A stretch of 64,000 bases of DNA from Candidatus Doudnabacteria bacterium RIFCSPHIGHO2_01_FULL_46_24 (GCA_001777575.1 MFEL01000012.1:2027-66026), one strand, 5' to 3'; counted from the stretch's first letter, positions 38,871 through 49,387 are shown. Notes: generated by a model from the letters alone, not told the origin. Program-made: numbers and translations.

Positions 38871-39863
38871 TCAGTGGCACGCGCCGGTGCCGCTGTCGCG
38901 AAACGACGCGCCCGCCACTGGAATGAACTCCCAGTTATAGCTTGCGGCCTTGAGCGTCAGCTTAAGCACGCCCCACGACGTGCTGTCATACAACTCGCTG
39001 TTTTCCGCTGTGGTCCTCCGCCGATATAGCGGCGCGCCGCCGGTGCCAGCCGTGAACTGCCGAATGCCGCGCTGTTCATTCCACTGACCATCAGGATCCT
39101 GCGGCCGAAACCGCTCATAGGCGTGCTCGTGGCCGTTCAGAATCACATCAGCGCCGGCATCATACAGCGCGCGCCAGGCATCGCGCACCTTGGTTTCGGC
39201 CGGATTCTGGCCGGAGGTGAACAGAGGGTAGTGCCAATAGGCCAACGCGCACTTGCTCCGGTTCGCCGCCAGATCAGCCCTTAACCATACATCCTGCGCG
39301 CTGTCCAGGCGCATTGAGATCTCGCTATTCAGCGAGATGATGTGCCAGGCGCCGTAATCAAAACTGTAGTAACCGAGACCAGGCGGACCAGCGGCAAAGC
39401 CGAAATAGTTGAAGTAGGAAACACCGCTGTCACCCTCGCTCCAGTCATGATTGCCGGGTGCTGCGCGCGTCCGCGCCAGATGCCGCCCCCATGTGGGTTC
39501 ATAACAGGCTCGGTAATTCTCCATCGAACCGTTCGGATAGACGTTGTCGCCGAGCGTAAAGACTGTGCCCGCGATGCTGTCGAGCAGCCGTGCGGTCAAT
39601 ACAGCACCTTGTGACCCGCATACCGCGATATCGCCCGCGCCGACGAACACTACCTCGCCCAGAGGCGGTGGTATTGGCCCAGGCTGTGTTGGCGGTTGGG
39701 ATGGCGGATCTGAAGGAGGTTGAGCCGGCGAGGGAGGTTCCGCCGGCGGCGTAGTCGCCTGAACCAAAGCGGTTTTACTCGGACCGGTCAGTCCCCTGTC
39801 GTCGCCGCAAGCAGCGGCAAAGAGCAGGAGAAAAATAGCGATCAAGCGCATGATCTGTCGCAT
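38871..39863 (-). CDS. Metallophosphoesterase lipoprotein
   Basis: Lipobox AAAC, Pro-rich linker, GDIA, LGDNVY, GNHD and GHEH motifs. Confidence 0.9.
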   Translation of the reverse strand: MRQIMRLIAIFLLLFAAACGDDRGLTGPSKTALVQATTPPAEPPSPAQPPSDPPSQPPTQPGPIPPPLGEVVFVGAGDIAVCGSQGAVLTARLLDSIAGTVFTLGDNVYPNGSMENYRACYEPTWGRHLARTRAAPGNHDWSEGDSGVSYFNYFGFAAGPPGLGYYSFDYGAWHIISLNSEISMRLDSAQDVWLRADLAANRSKCALAYWHYPLFTSGQNPAETKVRDAWRALYDAGADVILNGHEHAYERFRPQDPDGQWNEQRGIRQFTAGTGGAPLYRRRTTAENSELYDSTSWGVLKLTLKAASYNWEFIPVAGASFRDSGTGACH

Positions 39864-39987
39864 TGAGTTTTCCTCCTGCTAACGATTGTGCCATTACAAT
39901 AGCACTTGTATAAGGCCTTGAAAAGTCATAAATCAATTGTTCTTTTTTGCGATTAAAAAACAGCTTATCGCTGTTTCGGAAATCATT

Positions 39988-40063
39988 TGGTGGGTCGCCC
40001 CGGAATCGAACCGGGAACCTTGGCGTTAAGAGCGCCCTGCTCTGCCAGTTGAGCTAGCGACCC
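39988..40063 (-). tRNA. tRNA-Lys(CTT)
   Basis: GGGTCGC acceptor stem, anticodon CTT, CCA. Confidence 0.93.
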
Positions 40064-40069
40064 AAAAAT

Positions 40070-40378
40070 TTAAGCATGTGGTAATTTTTCCATCCAATGT
40101 TCTGGCTGCGCTTTTATATTAAGCATGCTTTGCACCAAACCAGCAATCGATCCTAATATACGAAAAAGTAAATAAGTACTGCCTTCGCCTCTAACTCGAA
40201 CTTTCACCGTTCCCATGTAATGAATATTTTTACGATAGCCTGAACCTTCTGGTTTTATAAAGCTTTTTTGAAAATTCGCTATAGGCACGCCGGTCAGCTT
40301 CGACCAGTATTGTTTCATGTTTCGTTCATTTTGTCCAGAATGCAGATGCAGTTCAAAAACTAACGATTCAGGCAGAAT
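40070..40378 (-). pseudogene. Truncated C-terminal fragment of a tRNA-adjacent, LAGLIDADG-like CPR protein
   Basis: LHLH..QNE..KQYWSKLTGVP..F.KSFIK..GTVKVRV, preceded by an in-frame stop. Confidence 0.4.
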
Positions 40379-40550
40379 TTACCATTACACCTCTATTGTC
40401 AAATAAAAAAATCCACGGGCGCAGTTTTTTTTCGTTATACTTATGTTATATCTAAGTATAACTTTTTTAGATCCTTAAATAAGCTTGCCCCGGACTCCCA
40501 GCCTCGACTCGCCGTCGAGGCGAGGCGGGCGATCCGGGGTTCAGGATGAC

Positions 40551-40622
40551 TCATGAGCTCATGTAGTTTGGCGCTTCTTCGGTGATGATGACGTCATGGA
40601 CATGGGACTCGCGCTGGCCGGC
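40551..40622 (-). pseudogene. guaB: 3'-terminal remnant of a second IMP dehydrogenase gene
   Basis: Translates as AGQRESHVHDVIITEEAPNYMSS*. Confidence 0.75.
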
Positions 40623-40628
40623 TTTTAT

Positions 40629-42158
40629 TTATTCCCATTCAACCGTGCCAGGCGGCTTGGAGGTGATGTCATAGACCACGCGGTTGACTCCCTCAACTTC
40701 GTTGGTGATGCGAGAGGAAATTTTGGCCAGCAGCTTATGGGGCAAGTTCGCCCACTGAACGGTCAGAAAATCAGGCGTATTGAACGCGCGGATGATAATT
40801 GGAAATCCGTATGTCCTGGCATCGCCCTGCACCCCGACTGATCTGATCGTTGATGGTAATACCGCGAAATATTGCGAGACTTTTACGCCGCTTTTTTCCA
40901 TTTCTTCCGAAAGAATCTTGTCCGCTTGCCGAATCAGCTCAAGCTTGTCTCTGGTGACTTCGCCGATGATCCGAATCGCCAGCCCCGGACCTGGGAAAGG
41001 CACGCGATAAGCTATACTTTTCGGCAAGCCTAAGGCAACAGCAATTTTCCTCACTTCATACTTATAGAGATCACGCAGGGGTTCGATGAGCTTCATGCCC
41101 ATCCTTTTTGGCAGCCCGCCGACATTGTGGTGGGACTTGATGACAGCCGCGTTTTTGCTGCCCACACTCTTGCCGGAACTGACGGCGTCGGTATACAAAG
41201 TTCCTTGCACCAGCCATTTGACCTTGCCGATTTTTTTCGCTTCTTTTTCAAAAATTCTGATAAAAAGCTCACCAATAGTTTTGCGTTTTTTTTCAGGGTC
41301 AACAACACCCTTCAGCCTGGCCAAAAAATCCTTTTCTGCCCTGACAATGATCAGGTTTATTTTCAAATAAGACCTAAAAATCTTCTTGATGGACTCGGTT
41401 TCACCCGCGCGCATCAGTCCGGTGTCCACATATACGCAGGTCAAATTTTTGCCGATAGCTTTGTGAACCAATACTGCCGCCACGGCCGAATCCACGCCTC
41501 CGGATAACGCACAAATCGCCCTGTCGTTGCCTATCCGCTGCCGGATTTCTTCCACTGATTTTTCTATAAAATCTCTGCCCTTGGGAGTTTTTTTGACACC
41601 GGTGATCTTGATGAAATTCGCCAAGATCTTCTGCCCGTTTTTGGTATGCATGACTTCCGGATGAAATTGCAGCCCAAACAACTTCCTTTGTTCGTAGGCC
41701 ACAGCCGCCGCCGGGCAGTTATCGGATGATGCGATGATTGTAAAATTTTTGGGAAGCTTGCTGACGGCATCGCCATGCGACATCCAGACGTCCTGTTTTT
41801 TTCCAAGCCCGGCAAAAATTCTGCTCTTTCTTGCCAAAGTCACTTCAACATGCCCGTATTCCCGCCGCTTCGAAGACTGAATCTTGCCGCCCAGCTCATA
41901 CGCCATGAGCTGTTGGCCGTAGCAAATGCCCAAGACAGGGATGCCTAACGAAAAAATTGATGCGTTTACGCGTAAAGCCGAGCTTTCGGACAAATTTTGC
42001 GGCCCGCCGGAGAGAATTATCCCCCTTGCTTCTGCCAACATTTGCAAGGGAAATTGAGGAGTTACCAGCTCAGCTAAAACTCCCATCTCGCGGATTCTGC
42101 GCACAATGAGATGGGCGTACTGGGAGCCAAAGTCTAGAACATAGATTATATCTTGCAT
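40629..42158 (-). CDS. guaA: GMP synthase (glutamine-hydrolysing)
   Basis: LDFGSQY, GICYG, QFHPEV, SGGVDS, IKSHHNVGG and KPPGTVEWE motifs. Confidence 0.98.
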   Translation of the reverse strand: MQDIIYVLDFGSQYAHLIVRRIREMGVLAELVTPQFPLQMLAEARGIILSGGPQNLSESSALRVNASIFSLGIPVLGICYGQQLMAYELGGKIQSSKRREYGHVEVTLARKSRIFAGLGKKQDVWMSHGDAVSKLPKNFTIIASSDNCPAAAVAYEQRKLFGLQFHPEVMHTKNGQKILANFIKITGVKKTPKGRDFIEKSVEEIRQRIGNDRAICALSGGVDSAVAAVLVHKAIGKNLTCVYVDTGLMRAGETESIKKIFRSYLKINLIIVRAEKDFLARLKGVVDPEKKRKTIGELFIRIFEKEAKKIGKVKWLVQGTLYTDAVSSGKSVGSKNAAVIKSHHNVGGLPKRMGMKLIEPLRDLYKYEVRKIAVALGLPKSIAYRVPFPGPGLAIRIIGEVTRDKLELIRQADKILSEEMEKSGVKVSQYFAVLPSTIRSVGVQGDARTYGFPIIIRAFNTPDFLTVQWANLPHKLLAKISSRITNEVEGVNRVVYDITSKPPGTVEWE

Positions 42159-42220
42159 ATATATTGGAACATGCTTCGCGAAATATGCGCCTCCGGCGCG
42201 AAACACAATGATATTTCTAT

Positions 42221-43216
42221 TTATTTCGGGTGTATAAAACTCGCCTCGAACGCCCATTTCGTGCACTGGTCAATTTGGGCAATGGTCAAAATGTTATTTT
42301 TCAAAAGCAGCTGCTGCTCTTTGTAAATATCCGTGGAATACATTTCCGGCCCGTCGGTATTGATGGTAAATTTGATTTTGTGCGCCAAAAAAACCTGGAT
42401 GATTTTCTTAAGCTCACCCAGGTTCTTAACCACGCTGTTGCGCAGGTTGGAAGTCGGGCAGATTTCCAGGGTAATGCCCTGTTTGGCAATCTGCTTCAAA
42501 AGTTCCGGATCATATGCCGCCTTGATGCCGTGCCCAATCCGGTCGGGCCGGATATGGTTGACCACGAATTTCATCTCATCCAATCGGCCTTCCTCGCCAG
42601 TATGCACCGTGATTCCCAACCCCGCCTTTCTTGCCCTGCGAAACAGCAACGCGTGCTTCTTCATGGAAAATCCTTTCACGTCCGGCCCGGCCACGTCCAC
42701 CCCCACCACTCCCTGTTTGCTGTATTTAATGGCTTTTTTGATTTTAATTTCGTTTTGGCCGTAAGTGTGCAGGCGGTGCATCATCAGAATGATGCCGGCT
42801 TTCACCTGCGGGTATTCCAGGACCGCGCGCTCCACAGCCCAAAGCGCTGACAAAATGATGTGGTCCAAATCGCGCTCGCCGCCGCGATTGCGCATCATGG
42901 GATCAAAACGCAATTCCTGCAGCACCAAATTGCAGGCCCTGTACCCGCCGCCGATGACGCTCTTGACCGACTCCTCTATGGCCTCAGGCGAGGATTGGAT
43001 CAGTTCGGTCCAGCGGTAAAATTTTTCGTGCATTTCCCTGATGTTTTTGTTTTTCCGGCCTCCAGTCATGGTGATCATCCGTTCAAAGTCCCAATAATTT
43101 TTGCTGGGCAGCTTAATGCCTTGCCGGTGCGCGATTGACCAAAGGATGGCCGGATCCACAGCCGCCCCCAAATGGGTGTGGAGTTCAGCGCGCTTGATTT
43201 TAGTTTTCTGAGGCAT
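42221..43216 (-). CDS. add: Adenosine deaminase family protein
   Basis: ELHTHLG, HTGEE, RIGHG, EICPTSN and NTDGP motifs. Confidence 0.88.
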   Translation of the reverse strand: MPQKTKIKRAELHTHLGAAVDPAILWSIAHRQGIKLPSKNYWDFERMITMTGGRKNKNIREMHEKFYRWTELIQSSPEAIEESVKSVIGGGYRACNLVLQELRFDPMMRNRGGERDLDHIILSALWAVERAVLEYPQVKAGIILMMHRLHTYGQNEIKIKKAIKYSKQGVVGVDVAGPDVKGFSMKKHALLFRRARKAGLGITVHTGEEGRLDEMKFVVNHIRPDRIGHGIKAAYDPELLKQIAKQGITLEICPTSNLRNSVVKNLGELKKIIQVFLAHKIKFTINTDGPEMYSTDIYKEQQLLLKNNILTIAQIDQCTKWAFEASFIHPK

Positions 43217-43243
43217 ATCCTGAAAATTTCTAATTTCTAATTT

Positions 43244-44299
43244 TTAATAGTTCGGCGCTTTCTTGGAGATAACCACCGAGTGGGGATGCGACTCCATGAG
43301 TCCCGCGGCAGTAATTTGCACAAACCTGGCCTGCTTGGGCATGTCGGCGATGGTGGCCGCGCCGATATAACCCATGCCGCTTTTGACCCCGCCGACGATT
43401 TGCGTCACAATTTCCGCCACCGGGCCTTTATAAGACGTCAGGGCGGATACCCCTTCGGCAATGAATTTCTTGGCGTTTTTCTGAAAATACCGATCCGAGG
43501 ATTTATTCGCAGCCAAGACCTCGAAACTGCCCATACCGCGGTACTGTTTGTAAAACTTGCCATCTTTCTGGATAAATTTTCCAGGTGCTTCATCGGTTCC
43601 GGCCAACATAGAGCCCAGCATCACGCTTGAAGCGCCAGCGGCCAGCGCCTTGACCACATCTCCTGAATATTTCATGCCGCCGTCAGCAATGACCGGAATG
43701 TTCTTATTCTTGGCCACTGCAAAGACATCCATAATTGCCGACAATTGAGGCACACCAATGCCGGCCACGACTCTCGTGGTGCAGATTGACCCCGGCCCGA
43801 TGCCGACTTTGATGGCATCACAAAAAGGCAGCAAATCTTTTGCTGCCTCTTCTGTCGCGATGTTGCCGATGATCAATTGGGTCTTGGTAGCGGCGCGGAT
43901 TTTTTTGATATTATTTATGACATGAGTGTTGTGCGCATGCGCAGTATCAACCACCACAACATCCGCCCCGGCCTTGTCCAAAGCCCTGGCGCGCTCCAAA
44001 TCCGCCGGGCCCGCAGCCGCGCCGACCATGACCCCTTGTTTCTTGGCTGTCTTGACCCAAGCGACCTGATCCGAGATAGCACAGCTCCTATGCAAAATGG
44101 CCATACTGCCCAGTTTCCCAAGCGCTATGGCCATTTTCAGTTCGCTCACGGTATCCATGGCTGCAGAAATGAGCGGAATTTGGAGTTTGATTTTTCTAGT
44201 CAGCCAAGTTTCAGTCTTCGCCCCGCTTCGAGTCACCGCGGATCGCCGCGGCTCAAGCAAGACATCGTCAAAAGTCAGTTTGAGCGGAATTGAAAGCAT
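43244..44299 (-). CDS. guaB: IMP dehydrogenase (lacking CBS domains)
   Basis: [28 protein letters not shown] and YRGMGS motifs. Confidence 0.95.
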   Translation of the reverse strand: MLSIPLKLTFDDVLLEPRRSAVTRSGAKTETWLTRKIKLQIPLISAAMDTVSELKMAIALGKLGSMAILHRSCAISDQVAWVKTAKKQGVMVGAAAGPADLERARALDKAGADVVVVDTAHAHNTHVINNIKKIRAATKTQLIIGNIATEEAAKDLLPFCDAIKVGIGPGSICTTRVVAGIGVPQLSAIMDVFAVAKNKNIPVIADGGMKYSGDVVKALAAGASSVMLGSMLAGTDEAPGKFIQKDGKFYKQYRGMGSFEVLAANKSSDRYFQKNAKKFIAEGVSALTSYKGPVAEIVTQIVGGVKSGMGYIGAATIADMPKQARFVQITAAGLMESHPHSVVISKKAPNY

Positions 44300-44343
44300 G
44301 TGGATATGATTTACAAATCATAGCATTTTTCCCGAACATAAGC

Positions 44344-44377
44344 AATAAACACCTCAACCGGTGTTGAGGTGTTTATT
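44344..44377. terminator. Terminator hairpin at the end of the pil cluster
   Basis: aataaacacctcaac-cggt-gttgaggtgtttatt. Confidence 0.7.
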
Positions 44378-44400
44378 TGGCTAATATAAGCCATTTTTTA

Positions 44401-44676
44401 TTAAGGCCTGAAGGGGTTGCCGCGGTTGACGTTGACCGAGGGCGATTGGAATTTCTTTTGCCGGTCAAGGTAATCCAAGGTGTCTTGGTACGCATTCAGA
44501 TCAACCCTGACTATGTCCGAAGGCGCGACACTCACCTCGCCGGAGTAAAGATTCTTAAAAATATATTGCCAGGCGAGGTAGGCTTCGTAAAGCAAAACCA
44601 GAAACAAAACGATGGTCAGCAGCAAGCTGACATTGATTTTTATTTTGCCGAAATTGGGGAGCGCTAATTTTTTCAT
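44401..44676 (-). CDS. Small membrane protein of the pil operon (PilP position)
   Basis: N-terminal TM, C-terminal NPF; follows the pilO-like gene. Confidence 0.6.
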   Translation of the reverse strand: MKKLALPNFGKIKINVSLLLTIVLFLVLLYEAYLAWQYIFKNLYSGEVSVAPSDIVRVDLNAYQDTLDYLDRQKKFQSPSVNVNRGNPFRP

Positions 44677-44677
44677 T

Positions 44678-45277
44678 TCATTCTGCTTTCTGATTTACGA
44701 AGAATACCCCGTCTATGGAAGTAAACACCCGGCCGGTGTATATTTTGGCCTTGGTGTCTTCGGAGTCCACCAATTCCGCTGACAAGTCAATTTTGGCGAT
44801 TTCAGTGAATTGCGGCAGATGCTCCATGTATTTGATGAACTCCACAATCCCGGCAAAATCGTTAAGCAGCGTCAGGCGGTAGCGGATTTCATCCAAGCCC
44901 GGTTTATTCGCAACCACCGGCGGTTTCTGATCCTTCGGCTTTACATCCACCTCTTCTTCCTCAATGTCCAGCTCTTCTTCAGTCCCGGTTTTGGCGGCGG
45001 CTAATTCCAAATTTTTGACAGCCAAAACCAACTCTTCCCTGTCCACAAAGGCGGTAAGGATCTCGTCTTTCCGACTCGCTTTCGAAAGATCAGTTTGGGC
45101 GTTGTTGTATGCTTCGATCTGGCGTTCCAGGGTGGCCAGCTGCTGATGTTTACTTGAAACTTCCAAATTCAAAGCACCAAGCCGGCCCAACATCGGATTG
45201 ACCAGCAGGCCGAACAGCAAGCCTGTGGCAAGCAAGCCGCCCAGGAAAATCACAGTCAATTTAAGTATGGCGCTCAT
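44678..45277 (-). CDS. PilO-like type IV pilus assembly protein
   Basis: TM + coiled coil, F..IVEFIKYMEHLP; gene order. Confidence 0.65.
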   Translation of the reverse strand: MSAILKLTVIFLGGLLATGLLFGLLVNPMLGRLGALNLEVSSKHQQLATLERQIEAYNNAQTDLSKASRKDEILTAFVDREELVLAVKNLELAAAKTGTEEELDIEEEEVDVKPKDQKPPVVANKPGLDEIRYRLTLLNDFAGIVEFIKYMEHLPQFTEIAKIDLSAELVDSEDTKAKIYTGRVFTSIDGVFFVNQKAE

Positions 45278-45396
45278 CCCGTTAAAAATTGCGCACGCTT
45301 AACCGGGAACTGAGCGTTGCGCGATTAATTATTATTAAATCTTTTATCATGCTTGTTGTAATTTATTTTAGCGGGGTTAATCTATTTCTAACGGGA

Positions 45397-45954
45397 TCAT
45401 TCTTGTATTATGGCTTCGGGATTAATGTAAAAAGTGTAGGTAAAAGGCGCGTCGTCGGCCCTTTCCAAGTTCGACAAGGGAAAATTGATGTTTTTGAAGT
45501 ATTTTGATTTATGCATATCCGCCCAAAATTTCAATATACTTTCGCGATCCTGGGCCGTGCCGGAAATGTCTATTTTGCCGCTGGCCCGATCCAGGCTTAA
45601 CACGTCAATTACGGCATCGTCAGCTATGAAATTGCCCAGCTCGACCAAAGCCTCGGACCAATAATAATGCCGGGCGCGCAAGGCTTCGATTTTCCTGATT
45701 TCGTCATTAAGGGCCACAACTTGCTGCTGCAACTGCTGGTTGGTCGCGGATTTGAGCAATGCCTGGTTTTCGGCAATCGCCTCTTCTGCCTGGTTGATTT
45801 GGGAATTAAGCTGAAAGGTGCTAAAAAAACTCAAGGCGGAAAGCAGCAACAGGCTAAAAAAAATCCAGGCCCAAAAATTCAAAAACTGGCGGGAGGCCAA
45901 TTCCAGCGTCAATTCTTTCTGCGCGGATAATGGGAGCAGGTTGATTTTTTTCAT
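45397..45954 (-). CDS. pilN: Type IV pilus assembly protein PilN
   Basis: INLLP N-terminus, TM, ISGTA..RE. Confidence 0.8.
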   Translation of the reverse strand: MKKINLLPLSAQKELTLELASRQFLNFWAWIFFSLLLLSALSFFSTFQLNSQINQAEEAIAENQALLKSATNQQLQQQVVALNDEIRKIEALRARHYYWSEALVELGNFIADDAVIDVLSLDRASGKIDISGTAQDRESILKFWADMHKSKYFKNINFPLSNLERADDAPFTYTFYINPEAIIQE

Positions 45955-47033
45955 TCCATCCCCCTTAAGGCCAGGCCGATGGCGGTGGCGAAACCCAGCG
46001 CCTCGTCTTTTTTAAGCGGCAGCTTGTCATCCAAGCCGGCAATGTTGAGATTGGTCCACGGATCCCCAAGTGAAACTCTTCCCACGGGCGCGTTGCTACC
46101 GAGGTTCAATCTGGCCGCGATGTAATCAGCTATGCCCAAAAGCCTGCTCGATCCCCCACTGAGCACGACTCGCTTGATCGGCCGGTGGTTTTGGGCATGC
46201 TCCTCATGAAAGCGAATGACATTTTTGATTTCATCCACGATATTGTCCAAAACCGGCAGAACGGCCTGCCGAATATTGCCGCGCTTGGTTTCCGAAACCA
46301 ATCCTAATTCCCGCTTAAGTTTTTCCGCTTCGCCGGATGAAACCCCCAAACTCCTGGCAATGCTTTCGGTGAAGGCGTTGCCGGCCACCGGAATGCTCGA
46401 GGTGTATTCCAAAACACCGCCGTCGATGATGATGAAGCTCGTCTGCATATTCGCCATGTCCAAAATCAACATGGATTGCTTGGCATCCTCCTGTCCAATC
46501 AAGGCGCGGGACAGGGCTTGCGACTCCAGTTCCAGCGCCACGGGCTTGAGCCGGGCGATTCTTAAAGTGTCAATAAGCGCGTCCACGTAATCCCTGGGGG
46601 TGGCGGCCACGAGCACATTGATTTTTTCTCCAGTTCGCGAAATGACCTGCCAGTCCAGATAAACTTGGTCAACCGGGACTGGAATATCCTGCTCCAACTG
46701 CCACGGGATGGCGCTGCCGATTTCCTCCTCGCGCATGTTGGGTATTTCCAGGATGCGGACGAATGATTTGGATTCCGGGATCGAAGCGGCCACGTACTTG
46801 GTGTCAATTTTGCCGGCCTTCGATAGGCAGTAGCCGATGTTTTCAGCCAAACGTTGTTCGCTGGCAATCAGATGGTTGTTGATAATTCTGGAGGGCAAAG
46901 ACAAATCGGCAAAAGCGTGCGGAATGAAACTTCGGTTATGCCGCTTCAACTGCATGGCCTTGATCGAGACGTCAGAAATATCAAGGCCGAACGCTTCAAT
47001 TTTTTTGTTTCCGAATAGCTGTACCATACCCAT
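45951..47033 (-). CDS. pilM: Type IV pilus assembly protein PilM
   Basis: FGLDISD, LSGGSS and FATAIGLALR motifs. Confidence 0.92.
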   Translation of the reverse strand: MGMVQLFGNKKIEAFGLDISDVSIKAMQLKRHNRSFIPHAFADLSLPSRIINNHLIASEQRLAENIGYCLSKAGKIDTKYVAASIPESKSFVRILEIPNMREEEIGSAIPWQLEQDIPVPVDQVYLDWQVISRTGEKINVLVAATPRDYVDALIDTLRIARLKPVALELESQALSRALIGQEDAKQSMLILDMANMQTSFIIIDGGVLEYTSSIPVAGNAFTESIARSLGVSSGEAEKLKRELGLVSETKRGNIRQAVLPVLDNIVDEIKNVIRFHEEHAQNHRPIKRVVLSGGSSRLLGIADYIAARLNLGSNAPVGRVSLGDPWTNLNIAGLDDKLPLKKDEALGFATAIGLALRGME

Positions 47034-47065
47034 ATATTATACACTAAATTACACGAAACATAACA

Positions 47066-47503
47066 CTAACTGGCACGAAACGTGTATTTATGATCATTAG
47101 TGTATATAATCCTTTTGATATAAAGTTTTGGCGACGCAAAGTTAATAAAATATCCAAGCTCATACTCGCTGTTTCTCAGGTAATCATACAGCTGATCCAA
47201 AAACAGCTTTGGGACCTTCTCAACAGCTTTGAGCTCAACTATAATCTTGCCAGCGACTATAAAATCGGGTTTATATAACCCAATAACCTTTCTGGTCTTA
47301 GGTGAATAAATATTTATCGGCTGTTCGCGCTCAAATGCCAGACCACGAATTTTTAGTTCTTCAGCGAAGGCATTCTGATATAAACTCTCCTTGTGACCTG
47401 AGCCAAAATTCTTCCTGACTTCAAACGCTGCCCCTTGAATATCAAACGAAACTTCTTTATGCAATAGGTCTTCGTGGATTTTCGTGTTATGTTTAGTGTC
47501 CAT
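47066..47503 (-). CDS. GxxExxY family protein (PD-(D/E)xK-like)
   Basis: GHKESLY, PDFIV..KIIVELKA, QL..YL and INF motifs. Confidence 0.88.
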   Translation of the reverse strand: MDTKHNTKIHEDLLHKEVSFDIQGAAFEVRKNFGSGHKESLYQNAFAEELKIRGLAFEREQPINIYSPKTRKVIGLYKPDFIVAGKIIVELKAVEKVPKLFLDQLYDYLRNSEYELGYFINFASPKLYIKRIIYTNDHKYTFRAS

Positions 47504-47513
47504 TCATGTATAT

Positions 47514-48017
47514 TTAACAATTAATGCATTTGCCGGGATAATCCGCCTCCTCGCCGCTGTGGGCGCGGCAAAACCCGGAAAGGCAATAATACAGCGCGCT
47601 GTTAACCCCAAAGTCGGCAGCCCAGCCGGCTTTGGGAAAATTGCACGCGCTCAAAGGGCCGCCAATCGGGCAAAACCGGATGCTGATCTGGTAAATCTTC
47701 TGGCCCGGGTTGTCCGGATCGTTCCAGTTGTCCCAGTCATAAACCGATCCCGGCCAGGGGCCGTTGGGCCATTCGCCGGCCGGCAGATAATCTTCGAGTC
47801 CCGGCGGCAGGTCGCGGTTGGCGTCAGGCGGATAACTGCCGTTGTCCTGCAGATATAACAATAAGGATTTCGCAATTTCCGTGGTCTCCAGAGAAGCTCG
47901 CGAATAATAGCCGTTTTCCCGAGAACTATTGATGCTCATCAACACGACCGTGGCCAACACTCCAATGATGGTGATCACAATAAGCAATTCAATTAACGTA
48001 AAACCCTTTGTTTTCAT
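47514..48017 (-). CDS. Type IV pilin-like protein
   Basis: KGFTLIELLIVITIIGVLA prepilin motif. Confidence 0.9.
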   Translation of the reverse strand: MKTKGFTLIELLIVITIIGVLATVVLMSINSSRENGYYSRASLETTEIAKSLLLYLQDNGSYPPDANRDLPPGLEDYLPAGEWPNGPWPGSVYDWDNWNDPDNPGQKIYQISIRFCPIGGPLSACNFPKAGWAADFGVNSALYYCLSGFCRAHSGEEADYPGKCINC

Positions 48018-49387
48018 TGGAGTAACTGCCATGTCCCGTCCAGCATTTCCCATCCCCCGGCCGGGCCGGATGAAAATTGGGCGGAGGCCAGGCCGGACTC
48101 GTAAGTCACCACCGCGTTTTGGTTTAAGTGGATCTTCTCAGCCGTAATTTCTTTGGTGGTGGCGGTGTTGGCGACCACGACCACGCCTCGGCCGGCGTAA
48201 AAAATGCCGCCGGTCGCATTGTTGGCCACGGTTATGGCCGTGTTGCTGCTGTGGTCTCTTTGCGAAAGCAGCATTAGATAGCTGCCGGCAGTGCCTGAGC
48301 CCAAAACCGCTGAGCCGTTTTGGGCATTGATGATACCCGACGACGAATCGCCAGTGCCGGCCAAAACCACGCCGCTTAAACTGCCGTAGCCGCTGGATAG
48401 CTGCATGGTCGAACCGTTACTAAGCGTAATTGTGCCGGTAACCCAGATCGTTCCGGTGACCGTCAGGACCGCACCATTGTTCAAGGTCAGGTTGCCGCTG
48501 ATTTTTTTGGGGCCTAAAGAAACCGAGCCGGAAATCGTTTGCGTGCCCACGACCCCGCCATCTTCGGCTTCGTCTTCCCAATCGTCAATCTGCTGGTCGG
48601 AAATCGGCAGCGGCACGACGCTGGGATTGACGAAGCTGTTGGGGTTGGGGGTAAATTGGCTCCCGCCGATGGTGCAGGAAGATTTAGTGTCAAAGGTTGC
48701 GTTGCCGCCGATAGTGCAGTCCGAAATGCTGTCAGAAACCGCATTGCCGCCGACTACGGCGTCATCCAAACTGTAAGAGCTGGTTGAGCCGTCCACCGAA
48801 ACATCCTCCAGATACCGCGCCGTGGCATCGCCGTCAATGTCCGAAACGCCGTCGATTTCATTGGAACCGGCGGCCACGGCCGTGCCGGCGATTCTGCTGC
48901 CATTACTGCCTTCAATGTCATCATTGGAATAGACATTGCCATTGATGCGGGAATTGTTCTCCATTTCCAGGCCGCCCACGCCCACGTGCACGCCGTAATT
49001 GAAAGCGATATTGGTCGAGCCGTTTGACGCGGTCACCTGGACTATCCGCTTGGCTTGCGGATTTTGGGCATTGGGCACAAACACTTCGGCTTTAATAAGC
49101 TTATTGTTGCCTTGATTGGAAACGGTGACATTGTAAACTCCGCTGCCGTAAGCCGTGCCCGACTCGCCGCTATAGCCCAGCTGGTTATTAAGCTTCCAAA
49201 TAGCGGCCTCGATCGCCGCTTCAGCGATGCTGATTCCTAGGGTCTGGCCGACCGCCTGGCGCTGCGAACGAATCTGCAGCATGGCGTAGCCGACCAGCGA
49301 GGAAATGGCGATCATCGCGATGAGCGCGAAAATTACGACGGTAATGATCATTTGCCCCTGTTCTTTGTTACATGTTACGTGATACAT
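48014..49387 (-). CDS. PilX-like minor pilin / large pilus-associated protein
   Basis: QGQMIITVV leader and SIAEAAIE.A motif. Confidence 0.7.
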   Translation of the reverse strand: MYHVTCNKEQGQMIITVVIFALIAMIAISSLVGYAMLQIRSQRQAVGQTLGISIAEAAIEAAIWKLNNQLGYSGESGTAYGSGVYNVTVSNQGNNKLIKAEVFVPNAQNPQAKRIVQVTASNGSTNIAFNYGVHVGVGGLEMENNSRINGNVYSNDDIEGSNGSRIAGTAVAAGSNEIDGVSDIDGDATARYLEDVSVDGSTSSYSLDDAVVGGNAVSDSISDCTIGGNATFDTKSSCTIGGSQFTPNPNSFVNPSVVPLPISDQQIDDWEDEAEDGGVVGTQTISGSVSLGPKKISGNLTLNNGAVLTVTGTIWVTGTITLSNGSTMQLSSGYGSLSGVVLAGTGDSSSGIINAQNGSAVLGSGTAGSYLMLLSQRDHSSNTAITVANNATGGIFYAGRGVVVVANTATTKEITAEKIHLNQNAVVTYESGLASAQFSSGPAGGWEMLDGTWQLLQ

